DNA of 64,000 nt from positions 896,001-960,000 of the forward strand of contig CAXXKA010000008.1 in the NCBI GenBank assembly GCA_963668625.2, read 5' to 3'. The DNA comes from an uncultured candidate division Zixibacteria bacterium (GTDB taxonomy: Bacteria > Zixibacteria > MSB-5A5 > UBA10806 > 4484-95). Of this stretch, positions 20,402-29,579 are shown piece after piece. The notes under the pieces are model-generated. The model was not told the DNA's origin. It searched no databases and saw nothing but the letters and a program-made list of their open reading frames with translations. How positions within the stretch are numbered: the first letter of the stretch is position 1; the number at the start of each line of letters is the position of its first letter. The position numbers and the translations under genes are program-made.

Positions 20402-21682
20402 ATGGAATATAAAGTTGTAGTACCCCCGCTCGGGGAATCGGTAGTTGAAGGAACAATCGTAAAGTGGCTGAAAAACGAAGGTGAAAAAGTAAAAGTAGAT
20501 GAGCCTCTGGTTGAGATAATGACCGACAAGATCAATGTCGAGATACCCTCCGGACACGATGGCGTAATGCAAAAACACCTGGTCGCGCCCGATACGGTAG
20601 TCGAGATCGGCCAGGAGATAGCCATAATGGATGTCGAGGGCGAAGCCACCGAGGCCAAGACATTCCAGAAAGAGGCTGATGACGGCAAAGAGCATATCCC
20701 GCAGGAGCAGGAGGTTACTCCCCCGGCAGAGGATTTCGTCAAAGCCGCAGAACATCACCGCCACGAGGGCATTCACGCCGATGAGGACGCTATCGAATCC
20801 GGTATCAAGGCTGTCAAGTCCTCTCCGCTAGTGCGACGATTAGCCCGAGAGCATTTCATAGACCTGCGTAAAGTAACCGGCACCGGCAAAGATGGTCGCG
20901 TTTCCAAAGATGATGTTATCAAGTATATAGATATGCGTCACCGCGCCGATGTCGTGGTGCCCGATTTCACCTGGCCCGGCGAGGAGAAAGAGGAGGTCAT
21001 CAAGATTTCCGGCGTACGCAAGGTAATCTCCGAGCATATGACCAAATCGGCTTTCTCCATCCCGCATGTTACTACATTCGATGAGTGCGATATGAGCGAG
21101 CTTATTGCCTGGCGCAAAAAATACGTTAACGGTATCGAGGAGAAACACGGCGTACGTGTCACGTTCCTGCCGTTTATCGCCAAAGCCATTATTTTCGCCG
21201 CCAAGGATTTTCCCTGGATCAACGCCCATTTCAATGGTACCGAGATGCGGGTTAAACATTATTTCAATATAGGCATGGCGGTAGCCCGCGACAATTCGCT
21301 TATCGTGCCGGTGGTAAAACACTGCGAGCAGAAATCCATATTGGAAATCGCCAAGTCGATGAAGGATTTAGCCGATAAAGCCAATGCCGATACGCTCTCC
21401 ATGGATGAGATATCAGGCGGGACTATCACGATTACCAACGCCGGAGTGTACGGCGCGACAGGTTCCACCCCGATTATCGCTCATCCGCAAGTTGCGATTT
21501 TAGGCGTGCATACGATCAAGGAGAAACCGGTCGTAGTCGATGGCGAAATCGTAGCCCGGCCGATACTGAATTTCGGTATGAGCTTCGACCATCGAGTCGT
21601 AGATGGCGGCTACGCCGTGCAATTCCTGCGCAAGATGATCGAGTACCTGGAGGATCCGTCCAGTTGGCTTATTGATGTTTAA
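20402..21682 (+). CDS. Dihydrolipoamide acyltransferase E2 (single lipoyl domain)
   Basis: EIMTDKINVEI lipoyl-Lys, SPLVRRLARE E3-binding domain, DHRVVDG catalytic motif. Confidence 0.95.
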   Translation: MEYKVVVPPLGESVVEGTIVKWLKNEGEKVKVDEPLVEIMTDKINVEIPSGHDGVMQKHLVAPDTVVEIGQEIAIMDVEGEATEAKTFQKEADDGKEHIPQEQEVTPPAEDFVKAAEHHRHEGIHADEDAIESGIKAVKSSPLVRRLAREHFIDLRKVTGTGKDGRVSKDDVIKYIDMRHRADVVVPDFTWPGEEKEEVIKISGVRKVISEHMTKSAFSIPHVTTFDECDMSELIAWRKKYVNGIEEKHGVRVTFLPFIAKAIIFAAKDFPWINAHFNGTEMRVKHYFNIGMAVARDNSLIVPVVKHCEQKSILEIAKSMKDLADKANADTLSMDEISGGTITITNAGVYGATGSTPIIAHPQVAILGVHTIKEKPVVVDGEIVARPILNFGMSFDHRVVDGGYAVQFLRKMIEYLEDPSSWLIDV

Positions 21683-21701
21683 ATACGTTTGCATACTAAT
21701 C

Positions 21702-21725
21702 AGGGCGTTTTAAGACGCCCTTTTT
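21702..21725 (+). terminator. Intrinsic terminator-like hairpin between E2 and E3
   Basis: AGGGCGT-TTTAAG-ACGCCCT followed by a T-tract. Confidence 0.55.
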
Positions 21726-21746
21726 CCATACTGAAAGGATTTTACG

Positions 21747-23144
21747 ATGGCTGATAAATATCAACTGGTGGTGATCGGAGCCGGCCCTGGCGGTTATGTC
21801 TCCGCTATCAGGGCGGCACAGCTTGGCCTGAAAACGGCGATTGTCGAGAAAGAATATCTCGGCGGTGTATGTCTCAACTGGGGATGTATTCCCTCTAAAG
21901 CTCTTTTATATGTCACCGAGCTAAAACGCACAATCGAACACGCCGAACGTCTGGGCATAAAGGCCGAGGGCGTAGAGATCGAGATCGATAAACTTAAAAA
22001 GCACAAAGATGACACGGTCAAACGCTTGACCGGCGGCGTTAAGGTACTTTTACAAAAAGCCGGCGTGGATATCATAAACGGCGAGGCCTCATTCGTCTCA
22101 AAAAACGAGATACAAGTTAATGACGGAGGTCAGAAAACCCCGGTGCAGTCGGAGAATTTCATTATCGCCACCGGCGCATCCCCGATGCAGATTCCGACTA
22201 TCAAAACCGATGGCGAGCTTATCTTAGGCGCGCGGGAGGCTATCGATATACCGTTCGTGCCTAAAAAGATGGGCGTTGTCGGGGCCGGCCCAATCGGCAC
22301 CGAGATGGCAACCGTGTACAGCAGCCTCGGCGCCGAGGTGACCATAATCGAGCTTATGGATGCCGTGTTACCGATGCTGGATAAAGACCTGTCTTCGGCC
22401 TCCGAACGAGCGCTTAAAAAACAGAAGATGGAGATACTGACCTCCTCGAAAGTTACCGGCTCGAAACGTACCCCCAAGAAAGTCGAGGTAACCGTAGAGA
22501 CACCTAAAGGCGAGCAACAGTACAAGTTCGATATGGTACTGGTCGCCGCCGGCATGGTGCCCAACACCGGTACGCTGGGACTGGATAAAGCCGGTATTAA
22601 AACCGATAAGCGAGGTTTCATCGAGGTGAACAACAAGATGCAGACCAGCCTACCGAATATCTATGCTATAGGTGATGTGGTCGGTGGTATACTACTGGCG
22701 CACAAAGCCTCGCACGAGGGTATCATCGCAGCCGAGAACGTTTCCGGTGCGGCTCATATCACCGATTGGAAATCGGTACCGTACGCGGTGTTTACCGATC
22801 CGGAGATCGCCGGTGTGGGTATGACCGAGAAAGAAGCTGTCGAAAAAGGCCACAAGGTGAAAGTCGGCAAATTCCCCTACCGTGCTATCGGCAAGGCAAT
22901 CGCCACGCTGGCCTCGGATGGTTTCACTAAAGTCATCGCCGATGCCGACACTGATGCCATACTGGGTATTCACATGTTCGGCCCGCATTCGGGAGATATC
23001 GTTTTCGCCGGTACGACACTGCTCGAGTTCGACGGAACAACCGAGGATTTAGGTCATCTGATGGCCATACATCCGACACTATCGGAGGCCATGATGGAGG
23101 CCGGTTTGGCCGCCAACAAGAAAGCGATACATATAGTTAATTAG
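21747..23144 (+). CDS. lpdA: Dihydrolipoyl dehydrogenase E3
   Basis: GAGPGG, GGVCLNWGCIPSK, LAHKA, HPTLSE. Confidence 0.96.
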   Translation: MADKYQLVVIGAGPGGYVSAIRAAQLGLKTAIVEKEYLGGVCLNWGCIPSKALLYVTELKRTIEHAERLGIKAEGVEIEIDKLKKHKDDTVKRLTGGVKVLLQKAGVDIINGEASFVSKNEIQVNDGGQKTPVQSENFIIATGASPMQIPTIKTDGELILGAREAIDIPFVPKKMGVVGAGPIGTEMATVYSSLGAEVTIIELMDAVLPMLDKDLSSASERALKKQKMEILTSSKVTGSKRTPKKVEVTVETPKGEQQYKFDMVLVAAGMVPNTGTLGLDKAGIKTDKRGFIEVNNKMQTSLPNIYAIGDVVGGILLAHKASHEGIIAAENVSGAAHITDWKSVPYAVFTDPEIAGVGMTEKEAVEKGHKVKVGKFPYRAIGKAIATLASDGFTKVIADADTDAILGIHMFGPHSGDIVFAGTTLLEFDGTTEDLGHLMAIHPTLSEAMMEAGLAANKKAIHIVN

Positions 23145-23170
23145 AATCATTATTTGGCTTATAAATATTC

Positions 23171-23199
23171 GTAGAGGCGTTCGATCGAGCGCCTCTTTT
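23171..23199 (+). repeat. GTAG-led palindrome (REP-like, may act as terminator)
   Basis: GT-AGAGGCGTTCG/CGAGCGCCTCT. Similar GTAG-led hairpins at 41913-41934 and 57598-57624. Confidence 0.5.
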
Positions 23200-23391
23200 C
23201 AGAATTTTTAATAAGCTGGCGGGAATTCTTTCCCGCCAAGTTTAATCCGGTAGTATTTCATCAGGAAAGTATAAACGGAAAACACCGCATATCATACGAT
23301 ACGGATAGTGGCCCTCATCAATAAACCCAACACTTTACAACTTGAAAACAAGATTTGCCGGATATGTCTGCACGATATTGATGATTAATCG

Positions 23392-24384
23392 TTATTTGAA
23401 AAAGTAACAGATACCGGCTTTGATATCGAAAATATATGAATATTGATGGCTACGCTCGCCATACGAATTATAGCCATAACCAACACTTACTATATCCAAA
23501 CTGACTCCCCCCTCGATACCCAGGTATTCCGATACCTTTTTCACGACTCCGAAACTTCCGGTAAGAAGAAACTTTGATTGCTTATCCGTGACTTTTTCGC
23601 TCCAGGTCTCATTGGTGCTAGTATTCTCAAAAAAAACCTCGAGTGAGGTAAGATGCTGTATAGCTCCAAATCCACCATAAAGGTACCACATGCTAAAGTC
23701 TTTGATGTTTTTATCGGTATGGCTGTAATACTCAACCGCGCATATATAACGAATCCCATGAAATTTAAGTTTGTGATCGGTAATTTCGTTATCGGGGAAG
23801 TTGGAATAAAGCTGAAGGTTGTCGTCGATACTCATTCCGGAGCGCGAGACGATAAACCGTAATGCCAAATGATGGTCGACTGCTAATCGGAAGTCACCCT
23901 CGAATCCTATTCCTGAGTTTATCCCCTCGTAGTAGTCACCTATCGGTATGCTATGAATCCCGGAAAACCTTATTGCGAAATTCCATATTTTCCATGGAGA
24001 TACCAGGTAACGATGAGGAATATCAGAATCGGGCACCGGAGTATTACTGCTGGTTAAATCAAAAAAAGGAATATCTTCCTCGCTTTTATCATCAATCTCC
24101 CCTGATCCGGATGAAACATCCCTTTTTTTCAAAACCTTATCAGTAATATCTTTATTATCGAGATCCAACACTTTCTCGATATGATCAAATCCTAGCTCAA
24201 TGATCCTGTCCTCGAGAGATATACGAATATTTTTATAGTAATTATTTGTATCATATTTAACATTTTCGAATTGCTCGCCATTCTTTAATATTATAGTACC
24301 CTGACTGGCCGCCAACGGGCTTAGTGATACAATAAATATAGCTAAGGTTAATACCAATTTTCCTATAGATTTAGAAATAGTCAT
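23392..24384 (-). CDS. Exported protein with C-terminal outer-membrane beta-barrel-like domain
   Basis: Signal peptide, IILKNG N-domain, C-terminal DIKAGICYFFK. Confidence 0.6.
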   Translation of the reverse strand: MTISKSIGKLVLTLAIFIVSLSPLAASQGTIILKNGEQFENVKYDTNNYYKNIRISLEDRIIELGFDHIEKVLDLDNKDITDKVLKKRDVSSGSGEIDDKSEEDIPFFDLTSSNTPVPDSDIPHRYLVSPWKIWNFAIRFSGIHSIPIGDYYEGINSGIGFEGDFRLAVDHHLALRFIVSRSGMSIDDNLQLYSNFPDNEITDHKLKFHGIRYICAVEYYSHTDKNIKDFSMWYLYGGFGAIQHLTSLEVFFENTSTNETWSEKVTDKQSKFLLTGSFGVVKKVSEYLGIEGGVSLDIVSVGYGYNSYGERSHQYSYIFDIKAGICYFFK

Positions 24385-24422
24385 TAAAAACTCCTATGAT
24401 AAAAGTCTACTCCAAATTTCAG

Positions 24423-25436
24423 TTATCTGTTTGCTAACACAAAGTTAGGGAAATCTTCAAACACCCAATTATTTTTCAAGGTGTCATAGATTATTCCCAG
24501 TAATTTTCTGGCTGTGGCAATGATAGCCTTACCGCTGCCACGACGGTTTTTTATACGATTGTAATATTTACTCAAGTAATGGTTATATCGTATGGCAACA
24601 AGCGTACACTGCACCAGTGTAGTCCGACCAATCTTAGAACCACGCTTGGTAATCCGACCATGATGCTGAATCTCGTTTGAATTGGAAACTCGCGGCACTA
24701 CGCCAAAATATGAGGCCAATTTATCTTTGTCCGAAAAATCAGCAACATCACCAATTACCGAAAGCAACACTGTAGCTGATTTGCTGCCGATTCCTTTGAT
24801 GCTGGTCAGGTTCTTATGCCCGTTCAACTTGCGACCCTGATCCTCTATCTGTTTGTCCAGCTTTTTTATCCCCTCATTCAAACTGCGAATCTGATCAACC
24901 AATACCTCAAGCTCAACAGAAACAACCTCATCAAAATTCATCTTTAGAACCCGCTCCAAACTCTTGTTGCTGGAGTAGGCCTCCTTTTTACTCTTGATAC
25001 CATGATGATTGAGTATGTTGTGTATTTTATTCTTCAAAGCTGTACGTAACTTGACCAGCTTGTCCCGTGTCCCAACAAGTGAACTGATCTGCGCTTTATC
25101 TTTCGTCTTTAATCGGGCTTTCGGCAACATGTCTTTGCTCATAAAATAGGCTAAGTTCCTGGCATCGTTTTCATCCGTCTTACTGACTGATGATTTGATT
25201 ATCTCAAATTTGTTCGGATCGACGACAACAACTCGCTTGACCAAATGCGATATCTCATCAACGAAATAACGAGTGTTGCCAGTGGCCTCAACCGCTACAC
25301 AATCCGTCTTTTTTAATCCTCGTTTAAATTCCTTTAGATCCTTTAGCCGATACTCCTTGATCCTCTCCCGACCACCGGCTGTCAGGTAACACACGGTCAA
25401 ACTGTTTGTGTGAAGGTCTACTCCTAAGTACCTCAT
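24423..25436 (-). CDS. IS110-family DEDD recombinase/transposase
   Basis: MRYLGVDLH, AVEAT, KTDENDA, SIKGIG, YFGVVPRVSNS..GRITKRG, AIIATARKL. ATG 25436 with GGAG RBS. Confidence 0.95.
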   Translation of the reverse strand: MRYLGVDLHTNSLTVCYLTAGGRERIKEYRLKDLKEFKRGLKKTDCVAVEATGNTRYFVDEISHLVKRVVVVDPNKFEIIKSSVSKTDENDARNLAYFMSKDMLPKARLKTKDKAQISSLVGTRDKLVKLRTALKNKIHNILNHHGIKSKKEAYSSNKSLERVLKMNFDEVVSVELEVLVDQIRSLNEGIKKLDKQIEDQGRKLNGHKNLTSIKGIGSKSATVLLSVIGDVADFSDKDKLASYFGVVPRVSNSNEIQHHGRITKRGSKIGRTTLVQCTLVAIRYNHYLSKYYNRIKNRRGSGKAIIATARKLLGIIYDTLKNNWVFEDFPNFVLANR

Positions 25437-25665
25437 CTTCTTGCTCCATTCTATGGTTATCACTGGAGCAGACTCTCTGTCGGCGCCTACCAAACTCCTA
25501 TTCAAGGTCTTTGCCTTATGGTGGCAATTCGGTTACAGGTCTGATTAATCTCCTTTACGAGGTCTGGCCTCAAGCATTCAGTTCAGCCTATAACCTATCC
25601 GCTCCAGTTAGAAATTCATTACCGAAGCTCTAACACCAACAGAATAGATTAGCAAGATGCTTTTA
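25437..25665 (-). ncRNA. Candidate IS110 bridge RNA in the long non-coding end
   Basis: About 240-nt non-coding end 5' of the recombinase. Contains AAAGGAG and ATAGGAG, matching target-plus-core and donor-plus-core. Boundaries inferred. Confidence 0.5.
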
Positions 25666-26063
25666 TCGTACCATCTCCTTTTTTTTACATAATATATTGC
25701 TATAAATGTTAAGGCAAGGTGTTTTGCCGGTATTACACCGATACTGAAACCGGAGCTGAAACAAATATAATTCGATTACATTATCCTAATATAATGGAAA
25801 TAGTTAGCATATAGTATCAGATTAATATGCTAATGCGTTGATATAGTTTACTTAAGCAGGTGCTGAGAGAATATTAGATTGGGTGCAATGAGGTGTAACC
25901 GATAGTAAAGCTTATCGTATAGAGCAAGAAAACTTTACTCTTTTTTCTTTTTTAAGTGAAAAGTACTAATTTTTCGCCGATTAATTAAATGATCAATAAA
26001 TTTTAGAAACAAAATACCGTTAGCAATCGTTATGGCAAATTAACTTGTTAAGGAGGTTTGAAT

Positions 26064-26321
26064 ATGCCGAGCAAAACTGCTACAACCAAGAAGGCAGCTA
26101 CTAGAAAAAAAGCTACCTCTACTCGGAAAAAAACAACAACCTCAGCTAAAAAGAATACCAAAGACCAGAGGATGGTTTTAGGTAATCCCGGCGAATTAAA
26201 TACCAAAATCCGCCAGAAGGCTTACGAGATGTACCAGCAGCGCGGTGGATGGCATGGCGCTGATATGGAAGATTGGTTGAAAGCCGAGCGAGAGGTTAAA
26301 AGAACGCTGACTACAGCATAA
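26064..26321 (+). CDS. Small basic protein: Lys/Ala/Thr-rich histone-like tail plus DUF2934-like domain
   Basis: AGGAGG RBS. TTKKAATRKKAT repeats, then IRQKAYEMYQQRG..HGADMEDWLKAERE. Confidence 0.8.
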   Translation: MPSKTATTKKAATRKKATSTRKKTTTSAKKNTKDQRMVLGNPGELNTKIRQKAYEMYQQRGGWHGADMEDWLKAEREVKRTLTTA

Positions 26322-26341
26322 AGTTGACAGGGTCGGGATAC

Positions 26342-27241
26342 TTACCGGCCCTTTTTTATTGTCAGTGAAACGAGCGCGTTTACAGCCTCGATCAAGGTTG
26401 ATATGATTCTCTGCACCAGAGCTATGACCAGTGCGATCTCGGCGGACATATAAGCCGAAAGCAGGGCTACCAACAAGGCTTCGCGCACACCGATACCACC
26501 GGGAATGAATACCGCCAGGTAGCCAATAGTCCAGGCCAGGGGCAGAAACGATATAACTGCGGCCGCATTCACCGCGTTAATCGGATGAACCGCCTGTATA
26601 AGCATATAAAGGCTCAATCCGTAAATCCCCCAGAATACCAGGTATATCACGAAATAGATAATAATCGAACTATAGCTGATATTTAACTCGATCGTATCTT
26701 TTTTTAATAACCTTGAGCCGTAATCAAGCACTTTCCGGAGTATTGACGGGTGTATGGCAATAAAAGCAAGAATCATTACCGATACCACCGGGATATGGAA
26801 TTCGGTATATTTTCGGCTGATCAGGAAATAAGCCAGCCCCCAGAACAAACCCGAGCCCTTGAAACAGACCTCATTTATTATCACAGCAGTCATCGAAAGG
26901 CGCTTGCCGATACCGTACTCGCCGGTATAATATACCATCCCCAGCACGCTCCATACCTTGCCGGGCAGGTATCTTCCGATAAACGATAGGTTGAATATCC
27001 TGAAAATTTCAGGCAGGTTGAATCGATATCCGGCAATTTTCGTAAAAAGCAGGCGAAATACTACAACCGGGCCGAACAACGCCAGCCAGGTAAGGATAAT
27101 AGAAATAATGAGATACCATATATTAATATGCCAGTCGAATCCGTTTAGTTTTGACCAGTTGACTGTCAAGTAGTAGGCCATGAAACCGAAAGCTAGGAGT
27201 ATATAGACATATTTCAGGATTGCCGAAAATTTCTTATTCAT
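26342..27241 (-). CDS. Lysylphosphatidylglycerol-synthase-TM/flippase-like membrane protein
   Basis: GRYLPGKVW and PGGIGVRE motifs, polytopic. Confidence 0.8.
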   Translation of the reverse strand: MNKKFSAILKYVYILLAFGFMAYYLTVNWSKLNGFDWHINIWYLIISIILTWLALFGPVVVFRLLFTKIAGYRFNLPEIFRIFNLSFIGRYLPGKVWSVLGMVYYTGEYGIGKRLSMTAVIINEVCFKGSGLFWGLAYFLISRKYTEFHIPVVSVMILAFIAIHPSILRKVLDYGSRLLKKDTIELNISYSSIIIYFVIYLVFWGIYGLSLYMLIQAVHPINAVNAAAVISFLPLAWTIGYLAVFIPGGIGVREALLVALLSAYMSAEIALVIALVQRIISTLIEAVNALVSLTIKKGR

Positions 27242-27320
27242 TAATCGTTCCTTAATGATATCCGGTATTGATTATAATCGATAGGATGCTTACATTCAAT
27301 AAAACAATGAGGGGATCGTA

Positions 27321-27884
27321 ATGAGTATGTTCGAAAAATATAAGCCTGGAAAATCCGATAATGGTGAGCCTCTCGAGGATTTACTTTTCAGATCCGCCGT
27401 TATAGATGATGCCCCGTTGCTGGCAACTATAATGTTTAACCGCGAGGGCGGTGATATCACGGATATGATAGCCCGATTCGAGAAAGAGATCGAAACGAGC
27501 GATCCGGGCAGCCATCTACTTCTAATAGCCGAACATGAAGGTAAGATAGCAGGTTACGCCCGAGCCAGGTATTTCAGCCATCCCGAAAATCCGCCTCGTA
27601 ATATCTGTCCCGAGGGTTGGTACTTAGCGGGTGTAATAGTTCGTTCGAGATATCGTCGCCGGGGTGTTGCCCTGGCACTAACCAAAAAGCGCCTGGAGTG
27701 GATCGCCGAACGAGCCGGATCGGCTTACTATTTCGCCAATGCCCGTAATAAGGTATCATTCGAACTTCACGAAAAATTAGGATTCGAGGAGGTCACTCGC
27801 GATTTCACATACCCGGGTGTGGAATTCGAGGGCGGCGAGGGTGTTCTTTTCAAAGTGGAATTGATTCACCTGGAGCAGGTTTAA
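27321..27884 (+). CDS. GNAT-family N-acetyltransferase
   Basis: V..RYRRRGVA motif A, N..S..LHEKLGF. Confidence 0.88.
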   Translation: MSMFEKYKPGKSDNGEPLEDLLFRSAVIDDAPLLATIMFNREGGDITDMIARFEKEIETSDPGSHLLLIAEHEGKIAGYARARYFSHPENPPRNICPEGWYLAGVIVRSRYRRRGVALALTKKRLEWIAERAGSAYYFANARNKVSFELHEKLGFEEVTRDFTYPGVEFEGGEGVLFKVELIHLEQV

Positions 27885-28303
27885 TCCCAATCGATATCTT
27901 TACGCCGCAAATCTTTTTTAGCGCTATGCTTTTTCTTTTCTTCCAATCGTCTTTTTTTTGCCGCTTTCGATATTCCGGTTTTAATACGTTTCGGCTTCTT
28001 GATCAGGGCCCGTTTCAATATTTCGATAAAACGACTCAGTACATCCTCACGATTGGCAAGCTGGGTACGATACTTATGCGAGCTTAACTGAAGAATACCC
28101 TCTCCCGAAAGTCGCGTTTTAAGCTTACTCCGAAGTATTGCTTTTTGATTATCATCCAGAGAGCGCGAATTTTCCAGATCGAAATACAGGATAACTTTCG
28201 TCTCCAGTTTATTCACGTTCTGTCCGCCGGGTCCGCCTCCACGGGCGAAAGTGAACCTGATCTCGCCCTCATCTATGGTTAAATGTTTATTAATCTCTAT
28301 CAT
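27881..28303 (-). CDS. arfB: Alternative ribosome-rescue peptidyl-tRNA hydrolase ArfB
   Basis: FARGGGPGGQNVNK, RTQLANR, basic C-terminal tail. Likely start ATG 28303. Confidence 0.93.
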   Translation of the reverse strand: MIEINKHLTIDEGEIRFTFARGGGPGGQNVNKLETKVILYFDLENSRSLDDNQKAILRSKLKTRLSGEGILQLSSHKYRTQLANREDVLSRFIEILKRALIKKPKRIKTGISKAAKKRRLEEKKKHSAKKDLRRKDIDWD

Positions 28304-28361
28304 TACGATAATCCTCAAGTTAACGATTGCCTTTCCTACGAAAATATCATTAATTCGTTTC

Positions 28362-28790
28362 ATGCGCTACCCTAAAAGGCTCAAGAAAACAGGTAAACCC
28401 GGCGGAATTCGAGGCGTTCGATTGAAACGTAAACTCAAGTTCAACCCAATACTCGATACCTCGTCCGGTATTCCCGTTCGCTCGAAACTCGAACGGGCAT
28501 GTGTGGATTGGCTTATGGCACACGGTTTCGAATTCCGGTACGAGCCTCTTATACTACTGGGCGGCAGGCAGTTCCGGCCTGATTTTTTCTTAAAAGAGCA
28601 TAATATATTTTTAGAGATTTGCGGTTACAATCATATGCCGCATTACCGCGATAGGGTGGCCGAGAAGAAGAATCTTTACCATAAATTCGGCATGGATGCT
28701 ATATTTATCGAATGTCAGAGAAAAAGTGATATGGTAAAAGCTCTGGATACCGAATTCATAAAAAGGGGGTTGGTGGATGACAGACAATAA
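28362..28790 (+). CDS. Small PD-(D/E)xK-like nuclease-fold protein
   Basis: VRSKLE...FRYEP...FRPDFFL...FLEICG. Start ATG 28362. Confidence 0.65.
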   Translation: MRYPKRLKKTGKPGGIRGVRLKRKLKFNPILDTSSGIPVRSKLERACVDWLMAHGFEFRYEPLILLGGRQFRPDFFLKEHNIFLEICGYNHMPHYRDRVAEKKNLYHKFGMDAIFIECQRKSDMVKALDTEFIKRGLVDDRQ

Positions 28791-29547
28791 GGAGAATCTT
28801 TTGAAAAGTATTATTTGCGATATAGATGGTGTAATTGCTCATGATAATAAAATACTTCCGGGTGCAGCCGAGTTTTTGAATTCCCTGATAAACAGCGATA
28901 AAGAATTTCGTATGCTGACCAATTACCCCTCGCAGACTCCGGCCGATCTACGCAATCGTATCGCCGCCTCCGGTGTGGATATCCCCGAGGATCATTTCTA
29001 TACCTCGGCCATGGCCACTGCCGCTTTTTTAAAAAATCAGGAGGGTGATAAAGCTTACGTTATCGGCGAGGGCGCGCTTACCCATGAGCTATACAATATC
29101 GGTTTCAAGATTACCGATATCAATCCCGATTTCGTGATCGTGGGCGAAACTCGAGCTTATAACTGGGATATGATTCAAAAAGCCTCATATTTCGTTATGC
29201 GAGGGGCGCGTTTTATTGCAACCAACCCGGATGTTGCCGGGCCGAAAGGGCATCCCGCCTGCGGAGCCCTGTGTGCCCCTATAGAGAGAATAACCGGCAA
29301 GAGGCCATTTTATATCGGCAAGCCGAACGCCTGGATTTTGCGGGCCGCTCTAAATAGTATAAATGCCCACTCGGAGGAAAGTGTTATCATAGGCGATAAC
29401 ATGAACACCGATATACTGGCGGGTATTCAGGCCGGCATAACCACCGTGCTGGTGTTAAGCGGTTTAAGCCAGATGAGTGATCTGGAGAAACTCCCGTTCA
29501 GGCCGAATTACATTTTCCCCAGTGTAAAAGAGATAGATATAATTTAG
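28777..29547 (+). CDS. nagD: HAD-IIA ribonucleotide monophosphatase (NagD/UmpH-like)
   Basis: CDIDGV, LTNYPSQT, FYTSAMATAAFL, GARFIATNPD, IGKP, IGDNMNTDILAG. Confidence 0.88.
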   Translation: MTDNKENLLKSIICDIDGVIAHDNKILPGAAEFLNSLINSDKEFRMLTNYPSQTPADLRNRIAASGVDIPEDHFYTSAMATAAFLKNQEGDKAYVIGEGALTHELYNIGFKITDINPDFVIVGETRAYNWDMIQKASYFVMRGARFIATNPDVAGPKGHPACGALCAPIERITGKRPFYIGKPNAWILRAALNSINAHSEESVIIGDNMNTDILAGIQAGITTVLVLSGLSQMSDLEKLPFRPNYIFPSVKEIDII

Positions 29548-29579
29548 TTACTGATGGATTCTCGAGGAATTCTCGTTCT

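Larger units (their letters stand above)
24391..25679 (-). mobile_element. IS110-family insertion sequence bounded by AGGAG direct repeats
   Basis: CTCCT at 24391-24395 and 25675-25679. Excision restores promoter-RBS-ATG of the downstream gene. No terminal inverted repeats seen. Confidence 0.82.

Noticed and set aside
25437-25633. ORF-track extension of the transposase to 25505 and the + strand ORF 25406-25633
   Set aside because: The family N-terminus begins at MRYLGVDLH. The region is better explained as the IS110 non-coding end.
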